DNA of 64,000 bases from an uncultured virus (IMG/VR IMGVR_UViG_3300030117_005941) (lineage: Duplodnaviria > Heunggongvirae > Uroviricota > Caudoviricetes), in IMG/VR virus record IMGVR_UViG_3300030117_005941, positions 1 through 64,000 of that record; one strand, given 5' to 3'. Position numbers and translations under genes: made by a program. A model generated the notes under the pieces. That model ran no database searches. It was given only the letters and a program-made list of their open reading frames with translations, and was not told where the DNA came from. Each line of letters starts with the position of its first letter. Position 1 is the stretch's first letter. This document shows positions 1 to 12,825 of the stretch, piece by piece.

Positions 1-4
1 GTAT

Positions 5-3000
5 ATGTTATTGTCATCCTATAATAATGATGTTATGTCTTTTAAAGATATGAAGGATCAAGCTAAGTTTCATCATATATATACAATACTTCAAACAGGA
101 AAAGCAGAAGACTTTAAAGCTCATATACAAGCATTTTTAAATATGAATGATGCAGATCTAGCAGATGCATTTAAAGATTCAGATGCATCAGCAGCGGATA
201 TTAGAAGAAGATTTACTGGTGTAGTTGATAAGATTGATAGTATGAGAGATAATTTTGATAAGTATGATTCTAAATTTATCAATCCTTATAATCCAGATAA
301 TTTTAAACAAAATAGTAGACCGTGGGCTCAGGAGATAATAAGAATGAAAGCATTTGATCATGCTAAAATGATGTTAATGTTTACAAATGATACTTATGAG
401 CAGGCTGTTACAAGAATGAATTCTATTTTAAGTAACTTGTCTGTTGATCCTGTAGTAGATAAAATTGCTGCAAATGATATAGCTGCACTTACTAGTCAAA
501 AGGGTATGCGTGCAGAGATAGAGTTATTAAAAGATGAAACTGCAGTAGCCCCTGCTAAAAATGCATCAAGAGAATTAAAAGAACAATACAAGAATAAGAA
601 AGAAAAATTAAAAATCTTTGAGGAGTTTTATGATACTTTCTATAGCAAAGAAAACTATAGAGTAGTTAGCAGAACAAAAGATAAAGTTAAGTATGGCAAG
701 TTAAAAGAGTCTGGTAAAAAGAAACTTAAAAAAGTATTTGTAAAACTATTAGATCACATTGCAAAAACAAATGATGGTAGAATACAAGATAATGATGCTG
801 TAGATAAAGCATTTGAAATGATTATAGATCATGATGCATTGAATGGTAGAGCATCTGATTATTATCAAGCTGCAAGAATATTAAATGATCCTACAGCATT
901 AAATGAGTTAGCTGATAGATCTGCTGAAGCTATGAATAAGATTTGGAATGATCAAAGAAAAAAGTTTAAGATATATGGCAGATTAAAAAATTGGACAGAC
1001 TATCAAGAACGTGCTAAGATAGTATCAGATTTAGCAAAACATGGAATCTTTGCTGAAGCAGAGGAAGCTAAAACTTTTATTAAAACGGGTGTTGTACCTA
1101 CAGATTTCTATAGTGAGGAAAGCAGATTAAATTCTATAACAGCTGAAGAAAATCCTGCTGCATACAAAACACTTATGAATGTATTTACAGCTTATAGAAA
1201 ACAAAAGGAAGCAGAAAAAGCAGCTGGTGAAAATAAAGCTGGACAAGATGTTGAAATTAATGAAGAAGACTTTGATAAAAATTCTGATCTTAATGCTGGT
1301 GATGAAGTTGATTCAGTATCTGAAGTTGAAGAAGAAAGAGGTGCAGCAATATCTGAAAATGTACAACCAAGAATATATACAGAAAAAGATTATCAAAAGT
1401 TTATAGATCAAGATGAAGGTACACAAGCTATACTTAATAAAAAATATCAAGAGTATGAATATGCTTGGAATAAGTTAGGTATAAAAAAATTAGCAGGTAA
1501 GAATGGTAAAATCTTAACTAAAAGTGAATGGGTTAATTCAAATGAGGGTGGTGGTAAACTTGTTAAGGCAAGACATAGATTATTTAGAACCTATGCAATG
1601 CAAACACCAGGAGCAAAAAAGAAAATGACATTTGAAGAATATTTAACTAAGAATCAAGATCAACAGTTTCTTTTAAATGTTGTTAAAGGTTATGGTCTTA
1701 GAGTAGAGGATATACTTGTAGATACAGTTGTAAATGAAAACATATCAGTTGAACAGGGTTTAAATCCTGCTAGAGATAGTGTAGTAGAGACTGGTATTGA
1801 TTATGCAAAGCATAAAATTAAAATCATTAGAAAGAAAAGATATGAAACAGAAGAAGGTGCTGCTGCAGATTATTTTATGGTTTTAACTCTTAATAATGAA
1901 AATACAGTTGATAAGTATGCAGGTCTTCCTAATGCTAACACTAATTTATCTACAACATATAAAACACAAGAAGAGGCTCAAGCTGCGGCTGATTGGTTGA
2001 TATTGAATATGCCAGATGCAAGTACTTTTGGTTTCTTAATGGAGGGTACTGCAGAAGAGGAGTTTACTAGTGGAGAGATTGTTGTTAAAGATAAAAAAAG
2101 ATATAGTGTAGAAAGTAAACAAGCAGATAATAGTATGCTTGTAAAAGACTTAGAATCTGGTAAAGAAGAAACTATAACTGCAGGCAAGTTTGAATCAGAA
2201 GGTTGGTCAAGATCTAAAGATGAAAAGATTATAATAGCTGATGTTAATAAGTCTACTAAATTATTTGTTAATAGAGCCTTACAGGTAATTCCTTATGATG
2301 AGAATGCAGATTCTTATAAAACAATGAATGATCCTGAACAAGAAGCAATACTAAGAGCTCAAGCAAGAAAAGATTTTGAAAAAAAATTACAACAACTTAC
2401 ACCTCAAGAAATTAATGACTTAAAGTTTAGTATTACAAAAGGTGAAGACTTTGAAAAAGTTATTAAAAATACAGCTCCTTCTGATAGAGATAAGTTTCCA
2501 GCTAGCGGTACTTATGATCAGAATGATCAAATAAGAGTTGGTGCTGCTAAGTATAGAGTTGTTATATATAGTGGGGATCAACCGCTTGCAATATTAGCTA
2601 GCCCTTATACTGCTACTATGGTAGATGCACAAGGTAATGAGATAGATCCTTTAACAATAACACAAAAACAAGCTGAAAGATTATTTATAGGTGCATTAGG
2701 TGATAAAACAGCATATAAAAAGATTAGAGCTAACTATGGTGCTGCATATGAAATAGAGCAGATGTTTAAAGAAGAGTTGGAAAAAGCTAAAGGTCAAGAA
2801 GCTGTTATTTCTTTAGCTAGTTTAAGAGAAAAAAATGTAGAGCTGCAACTTACTTCAGGTTTAATACTATATAATACAGCAGAAAAAATAGATGGGAAGT
2901 CTGTTCCTGCAGAATCAGATTTACAAGAATTAGCAAATAACGGTTTTACAGTTTCTAAAGGTACTGGTACAGATGGTAATCCATTATTCTTTATTGAAGA

Positions 3001-6000
3001 CAATCAGGTTATAGATTTAGAGACAGGAGCAAAAGCAGAGATACAAGAGATTACAAACTTTCCTGCTAAAGATAAAAAAGGTTTAGATAAATTAAGATCA
3101 GACATCAAAGACTCTATGGCACGTCAAGGGTTTGATCCATTACGAAGTTTAGGTAGATATGTTGCTTATGTTTATTCACCAGGATTAGGAGAATATACAG
3201 CTTTTGAATTAAAAACAAAACCTAAATCATTAGAGCAAATAAATAAAATTTTTACAGATTATTTAAATCAAATGAATGATACTGTAAAAAATAATTTAGA
3301 TGACAAAAAGAATGCAAAAGATGAAATGTATAATGTTGAGTTTAATACAAAACAACAATCTGATTTATTTATAGCTGGATTTAGTGGTCAAAGTTTTTCT
3401 ATGGGTGTAACTAGCAAGGGTGACCTTAGATTTAATTACTTTGATAAGAAAGGGAACTTTGAAGAAACTGTATTTTTTAATGTAAAGCAATTAGGTGATT
3501 TATTACAGTCAGATGCTGGTGTTACATCAATTTTAAAAACCATTCAAAATAAGTTAAATCAAAGTGATAAAATTAATATACAACTTGATACACAAAGTTT
3601 TAGAGAGAGTTTACCAAAAGATCTTGCTTCTAGTAAAGGTAAGTATGAAATTATAAATTCTAAAACAGATGCTATTATTGATTCTAGTGTAAGATCAAAA
3701 ATTTATGCTCAACTTGTATCTAACAATACACCTGCTATTCAAAATAGAATACAAACTGCATTAGATGCTAAAAGAGAAAAAGAAATAAAGATTCAAACTG
3801 TTGTTGAAAAACCACAATCTAATGTTAGTTTAACAAATGATAACTACTTTACAAAACAAGCAAAAGATAAATTTAAAAATATAGATGAGGGTATATTAAA
3901 AGAAATAGCAAACAAGATTGTTAAAGAAGGTAAAGAGAGTTTAACAAATAGGGAGAAGTTAGTATTACAAAATAAATCTAATAAGAATAGAGTTAGTGAA
4001 TTTATGCTTGAGATTACTAGTAGACAACCTAGTTATGAAAGTCAAAAAGAAGCAGAGAATTCAGAAGAACAAAAACAAGTTGATGATGAGCTATCATTAA
4101 GAGATCAATTAAGAGTTCTTAGAAAAGAAAAGTATGATAAGTATTATCAAGAAAGATCTTTTCCAGAATTTAAAGGAGCACCAAATCCTAGGTATGTAGA
4201 TGAGGAAGGTAAAAGAAGAGCAGCAGCTTTGGCTGATGTTAACGCAGATCAAGAGATAAAAGACTTAAGAGATAAAATAAATACTGCATTTAAAGTTGAT
4301 ACAGAATTTGATGGTAGAGATATAGAGGATATAAATAAGTTTATTACATGGTTAAAAGCTAATTTACCAGAAGATGTAGTAACAATAAAAGATATAAATG
4401 ATCTATCTGAAAGGTTAAAGAATCAAGGTACTACTGTAGGCGCTTTTATGATGAGATTAAAAACATTACGTGGTAAGTCTAAGACTGTAGGAGAAATATA
4501 TACATCTAAGGATTCTCCTTTTAGATACCATGAAGCATTCCATGCTGTTTTTAGATTATTATTAACTGAAGATCAGATTACAAATTTTTTAAACATAGCT
4601 AAGAAAGCTAAGAAAGCAGAACTTAAAAAAGAAAATAAAAGTTTAGATCAAGCATTAAAAGAACTTGCATTACTAAGTCCTACATATTCTGCCATGAATA
4701 GAAAAGAATTAGAAGACACTTTATATGAAGAGTATCTAGCAGATGAGTTTGAAAAGTTTAAACAAAGTCCTACTAGTACAAAAGTAGATTCTCAAGTAAA
4801 AAGTTTCTTTGCACAATTATTAGAAATGATAACAAAGATTTTTGAAAATGCATTTAAAGTGTTTTCAGGATCTGCATTGGTAGAGCAGTCTACTGATACT
4901 CAGTTAAATAGATTATTTCAAGATATTGATTCAGGTAAATTTAGATCATCAAAAACACAAGAGAATAGATTTACTGATGCAGTTGCAGAAACTAGTGGTG
5001 GAGTTTCTAATCCTATTTATGCTATAGTAGCAAAGGAAAATATAACTATACCAGTTACAATAAGGAAAGCTGGAGAGCTTGTTACATTTAATAGAAAGGT
5101 TGTAATACCATTTCCTGCAGAACAAGTAGATAGACTTGTAAAAAGAATTGCAGCTACATACACTCAACTTAAAAGCAGGTTTAAGCCTACAAGAGAGGGT
5201 GCTGGGTTTAGTAAGGCAAAAGGTATTAGACAAGCTACAGATATGGTTATACAAATGTATAATCCAGCTAACTCACAGTATGATAAGTTTAATGAAGATG
5301 TAGATAAAATATTTGAACTAGAAGATATATACAATGGTTTGAATAACCCAGACAACAAAAGAGCATTGGCTAATGGTGTAAGAGATTATATTAATATTGT
5401 TGAAGAAGTTGATAACATGTTAGATGATCAATTAGATGATGCTCAAAATGAAGAAAAAGATGCACCTTATCAGGCTAATGAAAAGAGGAATCAAATGGGT
5501 GGGTTTAGAAACCTAAATGAAATGATAAGAATGTTTATTCTTACAACCACAGTGGATGTTCAAGATGATAGGTTTGGAAATACTTTTATAAACCCTGATG
5601 CAGCTGAAGCAGATAGAATACCATTACAAGAAAGTGTAAACTATATTGAAGTGTTTAATGGTTTGTTAAAAGCACTTTCAGGAACTGATAATCCTGCAAC
5701 ATCTTTAACTAAAATGCATTTATTTTCTGAATCTAATAGAGAAACTAAAGCAGTGGTTGATAGATTCTTTACTGAGTTTTTTGGTAATGAAGGACCTAAG
5801 CTAGTTTCAGATTTTGTAGAAGGTAAGATTGAAATGCCTAAAGTACTTGGTGTTAGTGGTGCTGAGTTTTTTCAAAAAACAATGAATGCTTTTCATCAGT
5901 TTAGAGTTGATTATATTGTAGGACTTAAAGATAAAGCTACTGGAAATACAAGTTTAATTGCAGCAAATAAAAGTGATGATACACATTGGCAGTTACAAAG

Positions 6001-9000
6001 ATGGAGTAATGCTTTTGATAATAAAGACTTAAGAAAAGGGTCAACATCTTACAATGCAATTATAAGAGGGTTAAAAGATTTAGAAAATCTTATGGTTTCA
6101 GGAGAAACTTTAAGTGATTCAGAACTTAAGGCGGAAGGTATAAGTGTTGCAGAAGCTCTTGAAAGACATTTAGGTATTGATCTTTCACCTAAGTTTATTG
6201 AGTATAGTTTACTTTCTACTATGAAATCTAAAACTGCACGTCAAAATAGTATAGTTAATTTGTTTGAAGAAAGACCTATAACTATAAGTGATGAAAATCA
6301 AAATTCAGATTTAAGAGAAATTATAAGAGCGTTAGAGAGAGGAGAACAACTTTACAATGAAACAAATAAAGATGACTCTATAGAATCTGAAAAAGAAACA
6401 TCAACAAATTATTCAGAGCAAACATCCACTGATGCTCAAGGTGTTTTCTATAGATTGCAAAAATGGGCAATAGCTAATGCTGCTTTTGATGAAAGAGTTG
6501 GATCTACTGTGATGCTAGATCCAAAAGGTAATTATGTGTATACACATCAAACACCCACCTATCATTTAGAGATAGCAGAAAAACTTAATTCTATAAATGG
6601 TATAAACCAGTTAATAAATGAAAGGCCAGATTTAGTAGAGAACATGTTATTAAAAGATCCTAAATTTAGATCTCTTTCTGAATCACGTAAGTTAAGTATT
6701 ATTAGAACTTTAGGTACAAGAACAACTAGTTTTAGTGTTACAAAGGATGGTCAAAAAATAGAAAACAAATCTTTAGATACTACTGATGATGCAAAAACAT
6801 ATGGTGATTATACACCAGTTGAATTTTTAGCTGATAGAATAAATTTATATCTGCTTAATTTTAATGATATAAATGGCAAGGTTTCTACATTAAATTTTGT
6901 TGACAACAATAATAAATCAAATCCATTTGCATATTCTCCAATTCTACTTAGAGTAATGAGTGATTCTAATATGGGTGATATGCAAAACATGCCTATTGTT
7001 AAAGTTGAAAGTAAGAAAGGTACTTTTGATAATGCTTATTTAAAAGAGTGGGCAATATTGATACAAGAAGATTATAAAATAATACAAAAAAATAGCAAAG
7101 AGTTAAAAGACAATAATGTTAAAGAAATACATAAAGGATACAATGATATAGAAACCTCTGATATTGATTTTACAAATGGTAATTTAAATAATGAATTGGT
7201 AGATGCAACTAAAGNNNNNNNNNNACTAAAGCTAGAGGTTTTAAAATGGGACTAGCTACTCAAGATGTTTTGACAATAAGAAATATTGAAGGTAATTTTT
7301 TTGATGAAAGTTTAAAATTACATTTAGAAAAAGTAGCAAGAAGTTTTAAAGAAGATGGTACTCAGTATACTTTAAAGGAGGCATTTGATTCTTTTGTAAG
7401 TACTAAAACTGATGATGCAAGTGAGAGTGCACCAAAAAGAACTGCAGAGCAGTTTATGATACAAGCATTAGAAGCACAGTATAAAAGATTTGAAAATGAA
7501 ATAAAAGATTTAGGAGCTGGTGCTTTTATTGATGCTAGAATTAAAAAAGGTTTGGCATCAACAGGAAATACTCAGTTTAAAAAGAATGCTAGAATGGCTC
7601 AATCATTATTATTTTTGAGCACAGATCCAAGATCAAATTTAAGACAAATTTATTTTAATAATTGGTTACAAACTACCCGTATTAATAATGTATATCTACC
7701 TAACCAAAGTATGTCATTAAAAGATGCAGTAGATGCAATTAAAAGAGCTAAGATGCAAAATGCTGGTGGTTCTAATACTGAATCTTATATAGCTGCTCCT
7801 GAGTTAGGTGTAAACAAACCAGTTAAAGAATTACATGTTCTTGTTGGTACAGATCCTTTAGTAGAAAAACAATATGATGTAGATGGTGAGGATCAAAAGC
7901 CTGGAGAACAAACAGATGGTCAAGGTTATATGACCACTAAAACTTTTAGAGCAACATGGTTTGGTTTAGGTAAACTTACTGAGAATCAAGCAGATATGCT
8001 TAATAAGATAGAAAGAAATGAACCAATTACAGAAGAGGAGTTCTTTGGAGCTGTAGAGGAAACAGAAGCAGGTTTAAATAGTTTAGGGTATAAAGATTAT
8101 AAATCTCAAATAAATTCTAAAAAGTATGTATATGGAGATGGTAGTTTATATTTTAAACTATCTTATACAGTTTTAACTCCTGCTTTAGATAGTTATGCTG
8201 ATGGTACACCATTAGAAAGTAGAAGAAGGTTATATAATTTAAGAAATACTCTTGAAGCTAAGGAGCAAAGAGACGGTGTGTTTATGATGTACATACCAGA
8301 GTCTGCTTCTAAAATGCGTAAAACAAATATATTAGACAGAGAAACAAGTGAGTTATTATTTGATCAAGGTCTTACTATTGGTGAGAGACTTGAAGATACG
8401 GATATAATAACTGACATGGGTAAGAAGTTGGAAGATGCTATTGAAGTTGTACCAGCTAAATATATGAGATTACAGCAAATAACTCCATCAAATAAAATGG
8501 AAGTTGTTGATCCTAGACAAATACAAAATCTTATTCTTAATGAACAGAATGATGCACAAGAGGTAATGTTTATGGGTGAAAAAGTTACTGTTGGAGATAT
8601 TAAAAATATGTATCAATGGTCTATATCTAATAGAAAACAACTTAACTATTTAAATAGACACAGCTTAATTTTTGATTTACAACATGGACTAGAGTACCTA
8701 CAAGAAGCTATTGACAAAAATGAAGTTACACCAAACTTAGAAGCATTTGTTGATTATGCACAAAACTCTTTACAAGCATCACAAGCATCTACAATATTAT
8801 TAGAATATTTTTCTAAAACTAAAAATGGTGAATCTAGATATGAATTAAATAATCCTGTTACAATACAAAAGTTAACAGAGCTTATGATGAGTTTCTTTAG
8901 CAAGGGTGTTATTGCTGATATACAACCTGGTAAAGCTGTTGTGCTTGTATCTGATTATGGAATGGATGTGTACAAAAGAGTTGATGCTGTTGATGAGAAC

Positions 9001-12000
9001 GGTACACCTATAGCTTGGACAGTGATAACAACAGAAGGTTGGAAACAATCATCTACTCAACAAAGAGCTGCATTAGTAGAGCCTACTATAAATCCAAAAG
9101 GAAATCCAATAGGATTATCTGAAGGTCAAGTTTATGTAGATAGATTAAGACATGATGTAGTTGAATATAAAAGGAACGCTAATGGAAAACTCATTAGAGA
9201 AAATGGAGAGTTAGTTCCTACTGGAGAAGTATATACAGAGTTTATGCTACCTCCACACTTTAGAGAAGAGATGCGACTAAATCCTGGTGATCCTATACCA
9301 GATGTAATAGCTAAACAGTTTGCAGTGCGTATACCATCTCAAGATAAACACTCTGCTGTTAATTTAAAATTAGTTGACCATCTTCCTGTATTCTATGGGT
9401 CATCTGGTGTATTTGCAAGAGAGTTATTAGAGATAACAGGATCTGACTTTGATATTGATAAGTTTTACATACATCATAAAGAGTTTTATACTAATGAAAA
9501 TAATGAACTTGTAGAGTATGGTAAAGGTAGAACTGCAAAAGAAAGATACCAAGAATACTTAATGGCATCAGAAAAAGATATGTCAAAGCCAGGAACAAAT
9601 ATGTTCTATGCATATAAGAAATGGAGACAGAGAATTAGAGAAGTTGATAAAGAAAAATATAGTGAAGTCCAAGATAGAATAAATAAAGAATTTGATGAAT
9701 ACATTTTAACTAGTAGATCAGCATTATTACTTAGTGGTCAAGATCCTAAAAAATTAAAGCAAACTTTTGCAGAGGAAAGAGGTTATGATTATGACTCTAG
9801 AGCTGATGAGTTTTATTTATCTTCTGTAGAAGACACTAATGTTGAAGAACCAAATAAACAAGCAGCATTATTAGGATCTTTGAAGATTTTAAATTTACCA
9901 GTTACTATAGAGCAGTATGAACAGTTTAGAGAAGAAAATAAGTTTGTAACAGAAAGTGGTATTACACTATTTAGAGAACCTTATACTCAAGCTCATAGCA
10001 ATAATATATTAGATTTTAAAATGTTACTGTTAGGTAATGACTCTATGTCAAAGGCTCAAGGTGGACGTTTACATGCTATAAAGAATGAGCCTGCTGTAGA
10101 TAAACCTTTTGTAAGAATATGGAACAGTTGGAAAACTAAACTACCAGCTTTATATCAAAAGAATAGAGTAGACTTAAACTTTAGTGTAAACAATATTAAT
10201 GGTCAAACTAAATACTATAAAGATAGTAAAGAGGGTGCAAGAAACATTGGTGCGGTGGTTCAACCTAATACATATTTAGGATGGCATAAATTATTAAAAA
10301 CAAAACTTAGAACATCTGTTGATGTACCAAGACTAAATGGACGTAAGTATAGAGACTATAATATAGATTACTTTATTGATCCTAAAACAGGAAAGCAAAT
10401 GAAAGATGGTGAAAGAACACAGTATGTGATGTCTGCGCTAGTTTCTATTATGGTTGATAATGGTAAGAATCCATATGCTGCAAAATTAGGTTTAAATAAA
10501 AAAGCTGTTATAATGGCTGCAAATGGCATTGCACTAGGTATTGATCTTGAAACAATTTTATTATTGTTAAACTCACCTAATGTTCAAGATGCATTTAAAG
10601 AGGCTAGTGTGGAAGGAAAAAATGCAACTAATATTCTTAGAAAAGAATATAATGCTGCAAGAAAAAATAACAAAAAAGAGTTTAATAAATCTTTAAAGGT
10701 TCAAGTTGGAGATGAGATGTTAGTAAAAAACATAAATGAAAAGGTAGAGACTTCTGAAAAATTAGCAATTATTAAAGAGTTTTTAAATCTTAGTGATCTT
10801 AGTGATGCAAACAGCAATTTAGCATCTGTTGCTGCACTAGCAGAAAGCATGGGTAGAGATTTAGATGCTGTAGCTAGTACTAGAAAAAACTTAGAAGCTT
10901 TAGGTTTATATTTAACAAAAGCACAATATGACAAAACTAAAATACCTTTTGCATATAATTTTGTTAAAAGAATAAAAAATAAAAACACTATACCTGGTAT
11001 TAATATCAATTTGTTTGAGCACTTTACAAATCTTAGTACACCTTACTTGTTAACAACAGCATCAACACCATTTGTTTCATTAGAGAAATTTTTACTTAAT
11101 GGTCTTAAAGGTATGTCACCTAAAAGAACAATTGATGCTCAATCTAAAATTAGAAAAGATTTATTAAGTTATTTAACAATAAAGTCTTACATGCATCACC
11201 TTAACTTAATAGGTGAGTCTGGTCAGGAATCATTAGCTTCATTAAATAATGCATTGATCTATGACGAGATGGAAGGGTCTATAAGAATAAGTCAAGAAAT
11301 CAAAAAAATAAAAGATCATTTAAAAGCCACAAATCAAAAGAATGAGTTTATTAATTTCTTTATTAGAGATGATAAAAATGGAACTAAGAAAAATAAAACT
11401 GGTATTAATAGAGTAAGAACACAGAATCTTGTTAAACTTAGTAATAATAAAGCTAATAGAATTCAAACATCTTTTATATCATTATTAAAAGATAAAACAA
11501 CTAGAGCAGCTGTAACACATTTGATTCATTATGAAATGGTTAAGAATGGATTTCAACAAAAGGCAGGATCATTCTTGCAAGTTATTGCACCTGCATTACC
11601 AGATATACAAATATATTTAGGTGAAGCTAAAAGAGTTAAAGATCTATTATCAACTAAATTTAAAAATTTAGAAGAGGTTAATGAAGGTTTTAAGGATGTA
11701 CTTGGTTTAACACTTAATGAAACTTTGCAAGATTTAAGTCAATGGTTTAAATCCGCTAAAGATTCATATTACATTCCATCTATTAAAAAAGTACAGTTAG
11801 ATACAAAAAAAGGAGTAAGGTCTCCAGTATATAAGAGGGATAAAACACTTATTGTAGATTATTATCAAGGTAAACCTGAAATGCTTGCAAAATATAAAAC
11901 TAAAAATCCTAATGATAAAAGAATAAAAATACCAGCTGATAGATCTATAGTATTAGATAAATTTGAAACACCAAGCCCAAATCAAGAGAAACTACAAAAC

Positions 12001-12825
12001 GCTGGTTTTAAGTTTGTTGAAGATGGAATTATATTTCCACCAGTTATTTCAACAAGTGAAACAGTGTCAGATGGCAGTACACTTAAAAAATATTATTACT
12101 TAGATAAATTATTTTCACCGTATACAAAAGGTGCAACGAGTAATAATTTATATGATACTACTGATGTCAGTAAAGCTTTAATTGGTACAACAGCTCAATA
12201 TGTAGAGTTTGATTTGTTAGGTAGTACAGATCAATGGAAGATGGGTTTTATGTTTAATATTGCAAAGATTAATGGTAAAACTCAATTACAACCTACAGCT
12301 ACAGAAATAAGAAACAGACAAAATTTAGTAAATGAACAAGTAATACCTTATGTAGAAGATTTTTATGGTGAGTCAGATATGGGTTTTGCTCCACCATTTG
12401 AACCTAGAAATACAGTTAGTAGTACTGATATTAATGTAGTAGAAGCAACCAATGACAAGATAGATTTTAAAAAAGGAGGTGAGGTTGTTGGGTCAACTGA
12501 AAATCAAGATGCTCAAACTATTATAAATGCTAATGTTATTGTGGATAAAAAGAAGGCAGCTCCAGCATCTGCATTTAGTAAAGCTGAAGGAGTGGGTGCA
12601 AAGTTTTCTAAAGATAGGTTGGGACCACAAACAAAAAAAGATAATAATTATGTAGATGTAATTACAGAATGGTTTCAATCAACACCTGTAAAACAACTTA
12701 ATAGAGCAGCAGAAGCTAATATGCTTCCAGGTTCTAGATTAAAAGACTTTGTAACATATTATGAAAAGAATAGAAATGTTACTAACTTAGATGACTTCAT
12801 GTATAGACTTAAAAACTGTAACTAA
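5..12825 (+). CDS. Giant crAss-like virion RNA polymerase polyprotein (ORFs 5..7255 and 7246..12825 joined; probably 5'-truncated by the window)
   Basis: Two-barrel RNAP motifs TDGQGY (~7912), RIPSQ (~9328) and GSDFDIDK (9439-9462); DFDID is the catalytic motif of phi14:2 gp66. Zincin HEAFH (4529-4543) is followed by EEYLADEF. ACTAAAG flanks both sides of the N-gap, and collapsing it gives a continuous frame DATKARGFKMGL. Confidence 0.88.
7208..7231. other. Scaffold gap (10 N, 7215-7224) with a duplicated 7-mer
   Basis: ACTAAAG at 7208-7214 and 7225-7231. Confidence 0.95.
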
